Shown here piece after piece: positions 19,692 through 28,608 of a DNA stretch of 44,688 nt. Origin of the DNA: Yoonia sp. GTDB taxonomy: Bacteria > Pseudomonadota > Alphaproteobacteria > Rhodobacterales > Rhodobacteraceae. A program made the translations under genes and the position numbers. Location: contig JBLHTS010000001.1 in NCBI GenBank assembly GCA_047627695.1, positions 1 through 44,688 on the forward strand, given 5' to 3'. Numbering within the stretch: position 1 is the first letter of the stretch; each line of letters opens with the position of its first letter. Under the pieces are notes generated by a model that saw only the letters and a program-made list of their open reading frames with translations, had not been told where the DNA came from and searched no databases.

Positions 19692-20639
19692 TTAATGCAG
19701 CCGATCAGACAACCATGCCTCAAGCAAGAAATGTGCAATCGACCCTTTCCGTGCTGGAAGAAGTTTAGGATGATTTCCTGTGAAAGCCAACGCGATGTTT
19801 TCACGAGTAACCCACAAAGCATCCTCGATTTCAACAGGATCTATCGTCAGCGCGGTATCTTCTGCCTCGCCTGCGCAGCCAAACATCAAGGATGCCGGAA
19901 ACGGCCACGGTTGGCTGGACAGATAAGTCACTTGACCGACACGCACGCCAGCTTCTTCAAAAACCTCGCGGCGCACGGCCGCTTCGATAGTCTCGCCCGG
20001 TTCAACAAAACCGGCCAGAAGCGAATACATGTTCTCTGGCCATCCCGGCGAGCGACCAAGAAGCACGGAGTTGCCGTGGGTGATTAACATTATGACAACC
20101 GGATCGGTGCGCGGAAAGTGATGCCCGCCACAAGCTGCACAGTCGCGCTGCCAACCAGCCATTGCAAAGCTGCTTTCGGTCCCGCAGCGCGCGCAAAAGC
20201 GGTGCGACAAATGCCAGCCCATCACCGCCTTTGCCGTCGCTGCAAGTTCAGCGTCGCGTGTCGACAGGCGTGTCATGATCGCCCGTAATTCGGCAAATCT
20301 GCCGCCTTCCAATGCAGGGTGTTCTTGCTCAGAAGGATCATGAAATCCACTAAGTGTGGCTTCATCAAGATCGGTTGGTGTCCAACCTGCAAGGTCAGCA
20401 GCAAATGTCGGTGCATCGTCTTCCAAGCCAAGAAAGACGCGGTCATTTGTCGCGTCCGCCATTACGGGATGCTCGAAAGGCACGCGGACCAGAACATCGC
20501 CCGCAATCATAGGCTTGCCCCGCCACATCAGTATCGCGCGCGCGCTTGTTTGCGCTTCAAGCTTATTGGCCTGCCCACGCAATTCTGCTGCACGGTTCAG
20601 GCTCGATCCGCCAAAGGTCACTGTTTCTGCAATTTTCAT
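19692..20639 (-). CDS. nudC: NAD(+) diphosphatase (NADH pyrophosphatase)
   Basis: Zn motif CARCG...CAACG, FPRTDP, Nudix box GFVEPGETIEAAVRREVFEEAG, SQPWPFP signature. Start placed at ATG 20639. Confidence 0.95.
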   Translation of the reverse strand: MKIAETVTFGGSSLNRAAELRGQANKLEAQTSARAILMWRGKPMIAGDVLVRVPFEHPVMADATNDRVFLGLEDDAPTFAADLAGWTPTDLDEATLSGFHDPSEQEHPALEGGRFAELRAIMTRLSTRDAELAATAKAVMGWHLSHRFCARCGTESSFAMAGWQRDCAACGGHHFPRTDPVVIMLITHGNSVLLGRSPGWPENMYSLLAGFVEPGETIEAAVRREVFEEAGVRVGQVTYLSSQPWPFPASLMFGCAGEAEDTALTIDPVEIEDALWVTRENIALAFTGNHPKLLPARKGSIAHFLLEAWLSDRLH

Positions 20640-20729
20640 TTCGTCCAGATGCCACGACCGCTTGCCAAGTGCAATTTTTTCCGCACAACTGCCGCAGTGT
20701 CTTGGAGAAATTCCCGCTAAGGTTGCATT

Positions 20730-22551
20730 GTGAAGCGTGACTTTCACCACCTACTAGGACGGCTTCACATTTTGCAGACAACGGACTTGCATATGCATCT
20801 ATTGGGCTGTGATTATTTTGTGGACCAACGCGATGATCGCCTTGGGTTGGCCAGTCTCGTGGATACGATCGAGGAATTAGGGACCGAAAACACTGACGCG
20901 ACTCTGCTGTTTGACAACGGCGATTTTCTGCCGGGAAACCCATTAGCTGACACACTGGCCGCAACATCGAACGCAGAAGAAACCCACACGATGATCGCGG
21001 CGATGAATTGTTTGCGCTATGATGCGATTACACGCGGAAATCAAGAATTTGACTATGGCGTACCTTTCTTGTGTCGCGCGCTTGGCCGCCTTCGCGCGCA
21101 TGTTGTCAGTGCGAATATCCGCTGCTTCGATGAACCGGCTTTGGCCTCGTCGTTTCGCATCCTTGCGCGCGATCTGCGTGTGATGACGGAGTGATTTGCT
21201 CCATCAAAATTGGCGTCACCGGATTTGCCCCGCCACAAATCGCAGATCGGGATTCCACATCTTTGACTAACCATATTGGGGTCGACGACATCATGAAGGC
21301 AGCAAGACGTGTCGTGCCCCAGATCCAAGCAGCTGGGGCAGATGTGGTGGTCGCCCTGTGTCATTCCGGCATAGGCGAAGCCGATGAAAGCCCGTTCTTG
21401 GAGAGGGCTGCCGTGCCATTGGCATCCGTTGACGGCTTGCATGCCTTGCTTGTCGGCCGCACTCACGAGCAGTTCCCCAACGCCCCGCTACAGCGCAAGT
21501 CGACCCAAATGCAGGAACGCCTTGCACAAAACCAGCGGTGATGGCCGGATTTTACAGCACATCGCTTGGTATGATTAACCTTGATCTGGCGTGGAAATCG
21601 GTAGGGTGGACCGAGCAGGATCAGTCCGCGCGACTTCAAAAACCAAAGAATGCAATGCGCCATAAAAGCGCGTATCGACGCGGAATCGAACTACTGGCGA
21701 CAAAGGCCCATACCGCCACGCTGACACATATTCGAAAACCTATTGCGAAGACTGCGGTACTGATCGCAAACTACTTTGCGACGATCCAGCCTGATCTAAG
21801 CATACAGCTTTTAGCCCAGGCGATGTAGGATGCGTTACCCGCGAATTTGCGCGGCACACCGATCCTTGCCGCTGTTTCACCGTTTCAGTTTGGTGGACGC
21901 AATGGTTTGGGTCATTTTATCAACATTCCTAATGGGCAGATAACCCTGCGCGAAGCTGCCGCCATCTTTCTCTATGCCGATACGCTTTGTGCAGTGCAAC
22001 GCAGCGGTGCACAGATTAAGGATTGGCTTGAACGTGCAGCCGGACACTACAACCAGATCAGCCCAGGCACGCTCCGTCAGGATTTGCTAAACCCTCAAAG
22101 TGCTGACTATAACTGCGATGCAATTTAAGGGCTGACTTACGAAATTGATTTGACGCAACCCGCCCGCTTTGACTTCTGGGGCAGAGAGATTACGCCCTCT
22201 GCCAGTCGTATTCGGCATATTGCCCTCAATGGGCGCGCCGTGGCTGCTGACGATGTTTTCATTGTGGCGACCAATAGTTTTCGGGCAAGCGGTGGCGGTG
22301 GTTTTGCGCCGATCCCACAAGCGGATCTTGTGTGGAAGACGCAAGACAAACTCCGCGATATATTAATTGGATCACTGCAAAAGCGTGCCTTGATCGCGGA
22401 TGCAAGCTATCCTGTGTGGCGTTTCAGTGCAATTGTGGGCCCGCATGCCCAGTTCCAGACTGTATCGCAGGCCATTCAGCATGCCGCGCACGCGATCACC
22501 CATGATGGGCTTGGCAAGAATGGATTTGAAACCTACAGCTTGGCCTTCTGA
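20730..22551 (+). pseudogene. cpdB: 2',3'-cyclic-nucleotide 2'-phosphodiesterase / 5'-nucleotidase family (CpdB-like), fragmented
   Basis: TTDLH, DNGDF, GNQEF, LCHSG and VATNSFRASGGG motifs are spread over five ORF fragments. Frameshifts at about 21177 and 21485; in-frame stops TAG 21826-21828 and TAA 22126-22128. Confidence 0.88.
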
Positions 22552-22555
22552 CGCC

Positions 22556-22584
22556 TTGCAGAGCGTCTGCTCCTGTCTTATATG
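22556..22584 (+). promoter_or_regulatory. Putative promoter of ffs
   Basis: TTGCAG-N17-TATATG just upstream of the RNA. Confidence 0.45.
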
Positions 22585-22589
22585 ACTTT

Positions 22590-22684
22590 TGAGAGGTTGG
22601 CGCGGGCGAGCGCCTCGCCAACCTGGTCAGATCCGGAAGGAAGCAGCCAAAACGAGCCCCGCTTGGGTCGTTGTCAACCTCTCA
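22590..22684 (+). ncRNA. ffs: Signal recognition particle 4.5S RNA
   Basis: Helix-8 motif GGTCAGATCCGGAAGGAAGCAGCC with GGAA tetraloop; terminal helix TGAGAGGTTGGC/GTCAACCTCTCA; close to dnaX. Confidence 0.93.
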
Positions 22685-22745
22685 CCTTTAATTTGCATCG
22701 CAAATTAAAGGAAAGGGACAGAGTTAAATTGCATAGCAATTTGAC
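22685..22745. promoter_or_regulatory. Two tandem related palindromes (core TTGC-ATN-GCAA); candidate operators overlapping a -35 TTGACG
   Basis: CCTTTAATTTGC-ATC-GCAAATTAAAGG (22685-22711) and GTTAAATTGC-ATA-GCAATTTGAC (22723-22745). TTGACG at 22741-22746 and AACAAT at 22763-22768. Confidence 0.55.
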
Positions 22746-22792
22746 GGAGTCCCACCTGGTGAAACAATGTCCACACAAAAAGGAGGAAGTTT

Positions 22793-22834
22793 ATGTTTGT
22801 CGCTAAAAATACCCTCCCGGTCCGGGTGCGCTGA
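22793..22834 (+). CDS. Putative leader peptide MFVAKNTLPVRVR (13 aa) upstream of rsgA
   Basis: Consensus SD AGGAGG (22781-22786) 6 nt before ATG; TGA at 22832-22834; 82 nt upstream of the TTG start of rsgA. Too short for the ORF track. Confidence 0.7.
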   Translation: MFVAKNTLPVRVR

Positions 22835-22916
22835 AGCAACTTTCGCCCGCCCCTCCGGTTCCCGCTGACTGCCACAGGCCGCCAGCGCATATCCCTTTTG
22901 TGACGAGGACGATCCA

Positions 22917-23948
22917 TTGACAGATTTCACCCGCGCCGACCTTGGATGGTCGCCATTTTACATGTCCCAACTTGAAATCGAAGAGCTGGAAACCCTTACC
23001 CCTGCCCGCATTGCAACCGTTCACCGCGACCGCGTTATTGGCTTTTCTGACATCGGTCCGCTTGAAATGACCCTTGATCCCGGCATCACGACTGCCGCTG
23101 TCGCCGTAGGCGATTGGGTGCTGTGCGCGGTAGAACAACACCGCCTGACCCGCGTTTTTAAACGCCAAACAGAGCTGACGCGCGGCACCGAATATCACAC
23201 GGGTGACAAGCAGCTGATCGCCGCAAACCTTGATACGCTTTTCATCACCTCATCGTGCAACAACGATTTCAACCCTGCTCGCCTGGAGCGCTACCTTACC
23301 CTTGCGCATGACGCGATGATCACGCCTGTTATCTTACTGACCAAAGCCGATCAATGTGACGATCCCGACAGCTATGTGGACCAAGCCCGCCAGCTTGGGC
23401 GCAACCTTGAAGTGATCGCCTTCGACGCCAAGAACGATGATGTTGCCGAGGTTTTGGCCCTATGGTGTGGCAAAGGGCAAACAGTCGCTTTAGCCGGATC
23501 TTCTGGCGTCGGCAAAACGACCGTTGCGAATGCTTTGACCGGTGGCAATGCCCTGACCCAAGACATCCGCGAAGACGATGCACGTGGGCGGCATACGACC
23601 ACAGGTCGGTCGCTGCACCGCATGAAAACAGGCGGTTGGCTGATCGACACCCCCGGTATGCGCGGGCTTGGCGTGGCAGAAGTCGCGTTCGGGATCGACG
23701 CAACCTTTCCCGAAATTTCGGAACGCGCCATGCAATGTAAATTTCGCGACTGCGAGCACGAATCTGAGCCGGGTTGTAAGGTGCAGGCAGGGATTGCGTC
23801 CGGCGATATTGACCCCGACCGGTTGGAGCGTTTCAGAAAGCTTAAACGCGAGAACGAACATGCGACCCAGACGATCGCGCAGTCACGCGAACGGGGCCGC
23901 AAGCAAGGCAAAATCTATCGGGCAGCCATCCAGAAAAAAAGCCGCTAA
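22917..23948 (+). CDS. rsgA: Ribosome small subunit-dependent GTPase A family (circularly permuted GTPase, RsgA/YjeQ/EngC)
   Basis: AVGDWV OB-fold motif, G4 TKAD, G1 GSSGVGKTT, G2 GRHTT, G3 DTPG, Zn finger CKFRDCEHESEPGC. TTG start with SD GAGGA at 22905-22909. Confidence 0.93.
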   Translation: MTDFTRADLGWSPFYMSQLEIEELETLTPARIATVHRDRVIGFSDIGPLEMTLDPGITTAAVAVGDWVLCAVEQHRLTRVFKRQTELTRGTEYHTGDKQLIAANLDTLFITSSCNNDFNPARLERYLTLAHDAMITPVILLTKADQCDDPDSYVDQARQLGRNLEVIAFDAKNDDVAEVLALWCGKGQTVALAGSSGVGKTTVANALTGGNALTQDIREDDARGRHTTTGRSLHRMKTGGWLIDTPGMRGLGVAEVAFGIDATFPEISERAMQCKFRDCEHESEPGCKVQAGIASGDIDPDRLERFRKLKRENEHATQTIAQSRERGRKQGKIYRAAIQKKSR

Positions 23949-24430
23949 GCAGGACCGACATCTTGCATCGCCCAATCCATCTGTGCGTCTGTTTCAACAG
24001 CGCACGGGCGAATGCCACGCAGCCGCACAAGTGCGGCGTCAGGGTATTCGCCCGCCGCAATCATCGCACGCAACACCATCATTCCAGAACGTCCGCAGCC
24101 CCCAAGGCAATGCACCAAGACGCGACCATTGCCGGCAAGCGTTTCCAAAACGCGCTGGCAAACATCATCCCAATCCATCCCCTCTGGCACGCCAAAATCA
24201 GCTACAGGCAAATGCAGCCATGCAATCCCTCCATCGGCAAGATCAGACCCAAGCGTGCCTACGCCTTTGCGGTCCAGCTCGGCTTGGGTTGTCATAGTCA
24301 GAACCAGATCAGGCCTCCATGACAAAAGATGCTGCCAATCTGTCCCATAGTGCCGCGTGCGCCCCGGCATCGGTGACAATGCCAAAGTACCGCTACCCAC
24401 GGACAAGCTATAAATCGCAAACTCAATCAC
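23945..24430 (-). CDS. Dual-specificity / protein-tyrosine phosphatase family protein (CDKN3-like)
   Basis: HLPVADFGVP, HCLGGCGRSG (CX5R) and RPCAVET motifs. GTG start at 24430 with SD GGAGGA. Confidence 0.88.
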   Translation of the reverse strand: MIEFAIYSLSVGSGTLALSPMPGRTRHYGTDWQHLLSWRPDLVLTMTTQAELDRKGVGTLGSDLADGGIAWLHLPVADFGVPEGMDWDDVCQRVLETLAGNGRVLVHCLGGCGRSGMMVLRAMIAAGEYPDAALVRLRGIRPCAVETDAQMDWAMQDVGPA

Positions 24431-24536
24431 GTATGATCCTCCGCCCGCCCTAAGTTGAGATGCACTGCATTCCGGTGGACCAATCAGTATCACCCGCATA
24501 ACCTATTGCCACGACCGAATCCTTGCGAAAGCCGCT

Positions 24537-26282
24537 ATGACCGATCAACCAACCTATCAAGTGCTCGCCCGTAAATACCGGCCTGAAACCTTCGCCGATA
24601 TGGTTGGGCAGGACGCCATGGTGCGCACTCTCAAGAATGCGTTTGCTGCCGACCGGATTGCACAAGCCTTCATCATGACGGGTATTCGCGGCACCGGCAA
24701 AACCACGACAGCGCGGATCATCGCCAAAGGCATGAACTGCATCGGATTGGATGGCACTAGTGGCGCGACGACCGAACCGTGCGGGAAATGCGAACATTGC
24801 GTGGCAATCATGGAAGGGCGTCATGTGGACGTCATGGAAATGGACGCCGCATCGCGCACAGGTGTGGGCGATATTCGTGAAATTATTGATAGTGTCCATT
24901 ACCGCGCGGCCTCTGCCCGCTTTAAGATCTATATTATCGACGAAGTTCACATGCTGTCCAAGAACGCGTTTAACGCACTGTTGAAGACGCTTGAAGAACC
25001 GCCAGAGCATGTAAAATTCATCTTTGCGACAACCGAAATTCGGCAAGTTCCTGTAACGGTACTATCGCGCTGCCAGCGGTTTGATTTGCGCCGCATTGAA
25101 CCTGAAACGCAGATCGCCTTGCTGCGCAAGATCGCTGCTGCCGAAGGCGCTGAGATTACGGACGAGGCGTTGGCGCTGATAACCCGCGCTGCCGAAGGTT
25201 CTGCGCGTGATGCCCAATCCCTGCTGGATCAGGCGATCAGCCATGGCGCTGGCGAAACATCGGCCGATCAAGTGCGTGCGATGCTTGGCCTTGCTGATCG
25301 CGGGCGGGTCCTTGATCTATTCAATATGATCCTCAAAGGCGAAGCTGCCGCCGCCCTAACCGAACTGTCTGGCCAATATGCTGACGGTGCCGATCCGGTG
25401 GCCGTTTTGCGCGATCTCGCAGAGGTGTGTCACTGGATCAGCGTGATCAAAATCACTCCTGAGACGGCCGAAGACCCGACCGTCAGCCCGGACGAGCGTA
25501 CACGCGGCCAAGCAATGGCCGCCGATCTGCCGATGCGTGTGATGTCACGGATGTGGCAAATGCTGCTCAAGGCACTCGAAGAAGTCGCAATGGCCCCTAA
25601 CGCCATGATGGCCGCCGAAATGGCCGTGATCCGCTTGACGCATGTGGCAGATCTGCCCAGCCCCGAAGAGCTGGTGCGCAAACTACAAGACGCGACACCG
25701 CCACCCAGCGGCCCATCAGGTGGACGCCCTGCGCCGCAAGATGGCAGTACAACCGCGATAGCCAGCACCCCAGCGCCGACATATATGGGTTCAAGCGGGC
25801 CAAGCGCATCTGGGGCGCAAGCGGCTGTGGCGCTGCAGACAGAGGCGCTTCAGCACTATGCGCGGTTCGAAGATGTGGTCGAGCTGATCCGCAGGCACCG
25901 CGACGTGAAATTACTGGTTGAAGTTGAGACCGGCCTGCGGCTGGTCAGCTATCAACCTGGCCGGATCGAAGTGAACCCGACTGAAGACGCTGCACCCGAC
26001 CTGATGGGTCGTCTTGGTGCGCGTTTGCAAGCTTGGACTGGTAACCGCTGGGCCATCAGCTGGGCCAAGGGTGACGCGCCCACGATTGCAGAAACGCGCG
26101 ACGCTGCTGAAAACGCGATCCGTCACGAGGCCGAACAACACCCGTTAGTGCAAGCCGTGATCGCCGCCTTTCCCAAGGCCAAAATCACCGAAATTCGCAC
26201 CGAAGCTGAAAAGACGCTTGAGGCACTGACCGACGCCCTTCCTGAAGTTGATGAGGAGTGGGACCCGTTCGACGAAGATTGA
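24537..26282 (+). CDS. dnaX: DNA polymerase III subunit gamma/tau
   Basis: LARKYRP, GIRGTGKTT, CGKCEHC, EMDAASRTG, IIDEVHML, ALLKTLEEPP and SRC motifs. Confidence 0.97.
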   Translation: MTDQPTYQVLARKYRPETFADMVGQDAMVRTLKNAFAADRIAQAFIMTGIRGTGKTTTARIIAKGMNCIGLDGTSGATTEPCGKCEHCVAIMEGRHVDVMEMDAASRTGVGDIREIIDSVHYRAASARFKIYIIDEVHMLSKNAFNALLKTLEEPPEHVKFIFATTEIRQVPVTVLSRCQRFDLRRIEPETQIALLRKIAAAEGAEITDEALALITRAAEGSARDAQSLLDQAISHGAGETSADQVRAMLGLADRGRVLDLFNMILKGEAAAALTELSGQYADGADPVAVLRDLAEVCHWISVIKITPETAEDPTVSPDERTRGQAMAADLPMRVMSRMWQMLLKALEEVAMAPNAMMAAEMAVIRLTHVADLPSPEELVRKLQDATPPPSGPSGGRPAPQDGSTTAIASTPAPTYMGSSGPSASGAQAAVALQTEALQHYARFEDVVELIRRHRDVKLLVEVETGLRLVSYQPGRIEVNPTEDAAPDLMGRLGARLQAWTGNRWAISWAKGDAPTIAETRDAAENAIRHEAEQHPLVQAVIAAFPKAKITEIRTEAEKTLEALTDALPEVDEEWDPFDED

Positions 26283-26659
26283 TCACGGCCGCAGTGCTTG
26301 TTTTTCCTGCCCCAGCTTGGGCAGACGTCTGCAAAGACCTGCGCCCGAACTAGGACTGCACAACAACGACCGGCTTGGGCGAACTGCTGCATCTGCTTCA
26401 AACACCGCTGGTTCTGCTGCTTGTTCTTGCAACGGCTTTGGCAGTGTGATTTTACCGCGAATGGGGCGGCGTTGCAATCGTTGTCGGATGGAGCCTTGCA
26501 ACCTTTCTGCTGACCGGAACAGGAGGCAACTACGGCATCGTGAACGACGGCCGGATAGAAGGCTGCGTCGGCAGCTCTGCTCTTTTCATTGCAGTTGCTG
26601 TGGCGGTATGTATCGGTGTAGTCCTCTACACAGCACCGCGACAGCGCGGAAAAGAATGA
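26279..26659 (+). pseudogene. Small membrane protein gene (signal peptide plus 3 TM) with two in-frame stops; not in the ORF track
   Basis: Frame from TTG 26279: LITAAVLVFPAPAWADVCKDLRPN*D...LLLVLATALAV*FYREWGGVAIVVGWSLATFLL...EGCVGSSALFIAVAVAVCIGVVLYTAPRQRGKE*. Stops are TAG 26351-26353 and TGA 26447-26449. Confidence 0.72.
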
Positions 26660-26674
26660 CGGGAGAACGACAGC

Positions 26675-27019
26675 ATGCTCAAAGGACTTGGTGGGCTTGG
26701 CGATATGGCCAAGATGATGAAGCAGGCGCAGGAAATGCAGGGCAAGATGGCCCAGATGCAAGACGACCTTGATAATATCATGGTCGAAGGCGTCAGTGGC
26801 GCGGGCCTTGTAAAGGCGACGGCAACTGCCAAAGGTGAATTGAAGGGTCTGAATATCGACCCGTCCATCTTTAACGGTGACGACAAAGAAGTTGTCGAAG
26901 ACCTGATCCTTGCGGCAATCAAAGACGCGCAGTCTAGAGCCACAGCGCGCGCGCAAGAAGAAATGGGCAAAATGACCGAAGGTCTAGGTCTGCCGCCGGG
27001 CATGAACTTGCCGTTCTAA
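26675..27019 (+). CDS. ybaB: YbaB/EbfC family nucleoid-associated protein
   Basis: [19 protein letters not shown] and [11 protein letters not shown] motifs; between dnaX and recR. Confidence 0.95.
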   Translation: MLKGLGGLGDMAKMMKQAQEMQGKMAQMQDDLDNIMVEGVSGAGLVKATATAKGELKGLNIDPSIFNGDDKEVVEDLILAAIKDAQSRATARAQEEMGKMTEGLGLPPGMNLPF

Positions 27020-27026
27020 ATACAAG

Positions 27027-27620
27027 ATGAGCAACGGCAACGAAGACCTTGATAACCTAATCGCCTTGATGGCGAAACTGCCCGGGCTGGGGCCACGATC
27101 GGCCCGTCGGGCTGTTTTGCATCTTATTAAGAAGCGGTCCTTGGTGCTGCTGCCTTTGGCTGACGCTATGCAGCAAGTAGGTGCGACGGTGCGCGAATGC
27201 CTCAATTGCGGGAACGTCTGCACGGCTGACATCTGCGATATCTGCGCATCCGAAAAGCGCAACACAGGGCAGATTGCCGTCGTCGTGGATGTGGCCGATC
27301 TTTGGGCGATGGAGCGCGCCAAGGTCTTCAAAGGCCGTTATCACGTCTTAGGCGGCACGCTGTCGGCACTTGATGCCGTTGGGCCGGACAAGTTGCGCAT
27401 TCCCAAGCTGATCGACCGCATCAAGACAGAAAATGTGACAGAGGTTATTCTTGCACTTGCAGCGACAATCGACGGGCAAACCACGGCGCATTATATTGCG
27501 GACCAACTGCCGGGCATTGCGGTGACTTCACTTGCGCAGGGTGTGCCTGTGGGCGGTGAATTGGATTACCTAGACGACGGGACGATCACAGCGGCGTTAA
27601 ATGCGCGGAAGGCGATTTAA
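27027..27620 (+). CDS. recR: Recombination mediator RecR
   Basis: [11 protein letters not shown] HhH motif, C4 Zn finger, [18 protein letters not shown]. Confidence 0.97.
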   Translation: MSNGNEDLDNLIALMAKLPGLGPRSARRAVLHLIKKRSLVLLPLADAMQQVGATVRECLNCGNVCTADICDICASEKRNTGQIAVVVDVADLWAMERAKVFKGRYHVLGGTLSALDAVGPDKLRIPKLIDRIKTENVTEVILALAATIDGQTTAHYIADQLPGIAVTSLAQGVPVGGELDYLDDGTITAALNARKAI

Positions 27621-28497
27621 GCGCCTCTGCCAAAGCATCAAACACGATCCGAATACGGCGGCTTGTACGCAACTCGCGGTGGGTGGTCAGCCAAGCCGGA
27701 AAGGTGATCTTGGGCACATCCAAGAACACAGGCTCCACCCCGTCCGTATGTGGCCAAAGATTATCCGGCAGCACCCCGATCCCAAGCCCCGCGCGCATCA
27801 TTTCCCACATGACCACACCACTGTCAGAACGCAGTTTGAACTGATCCTCGCGAATAGCGATGCCGTAGCCCGCAAGAATTTCCAGCATCATCTTCGTATC
27901 GCGCGGCCCTAAAAATAGGTGACCCGACAAATCATCTGTTGTGACAGGCCGTCCATGGGTGCGGATATAGTCGGTTGATGCAAAGAAACCGGCGCTGAAA
28001 TCCTTTATTTGCCGTGCAATCAGATCGGGCTGGTCTGGGCGGACATGCCGTATGGCGATGTCCGCATCGCGACGGGTCAATTCTTCAAGGCGGTCAGAGG
28101 CGACAATTTCGATATCGATCCCCGGGGCCTGTTGGCGCAGCCTTTGCATTACTGGCGGCAAGAAACCCGCTGCCATCAATTCGCTGGCTGTGATTGTCAC
28201 GCCGCCTGCAACGTCTTGCGACTGGCCCGATGCGACCATCGAAATCCGGCTGGCAGCGTCACCCATTGCTTGGACATGCTCTAGCAAATCATGTCCCGCC
28301 GATGTCATTTCAAATGACCGTCCCGCACGTTCAAAGAGCGTGACGCGCAGCGCCGCTTCCAAGGCGTTCACTTGCCGCCCCAGTGTCGGCTGGGTTGAAT
28401 TGAGCGCACATGCGGCAGCACTCAGCGAGCCTTTTTCAGCCGTCGCCAAGAACGCCCTGATCTGGTTCCAGTCAAAAGAGAACGCCTGCCAATTCAT
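27586..28497 (-). CDS. LysR family transcriptional regulator
   Basis: [26 protein letters not shown] and [10 protein letters not shown] motifs. Overlaps the recR 3' end by 35 bp. Confidence 0.93.
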   Translation of the reverse strand: MNWQAFSFDWNQIRAFLATAEKGSLSAAACALNSTQPTLGRQVNALEAALRVTLFERAGRSFEMTSAGHDLLEHVQAMGDAASRISMVASGQSQDVAGGVTITASELMAAGFLPPVMQRLRQQAPGIDIEIVASDRLEELTRRDADIAIRHVRPDQPDLIARQIKDFSAGFFASTDYIRTHGRPVTTDDLSGHLFLGPRDTKMMLEILAGYGIAIREDQFKLRSDSGVVMWEMMRAGLGIGVLPDNLWPHTDGVEPVFLDVPKITFPAWLTTHRELRTSRRIRIVFDALAEALKSPSAHLTPL

Positions 28498-28509
28498 ACA
28501 AATATGTAT
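28496..28509. promoter_or_regulatory. Dyad ATACA-AATA-TGTAT overlapping the LysR start codon; candidate LysR binding site
   Basis: AT-rich inverted repeat in the divergent LysR/methyltransferase spacer. Confidence 0.45.
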
Positions 28510-28608
28510 ACCAAATCGACAATTTTTCGCAATTTATATATCACATGCGTATATGTTAAAACTAATGCAGCAGGCAGATCGCCTCCACGCACTCAAAGGA
28601 CTATAGCC

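Noticed and set aside
22582-22806. 74-aa ORF in the track
   Set aside because: It overlies the SRP RNA and the promoter palindromes, so it is a shadow ORF.
24537-26282. Programmed -1 frameshift or slippage site in dnaX producing gamma
   Set aside because: No A-AAA-AAG heptamer or long A-run was seen in the gene.
26123-26956. 277-aa minus-strand ORF and the 174-aa plus ORF 26248-26772
   Set aside because: Both are alternative-frame shadows of dnaX, the membrane-protein pseudogene and ybaB, with no recognisable motifs.
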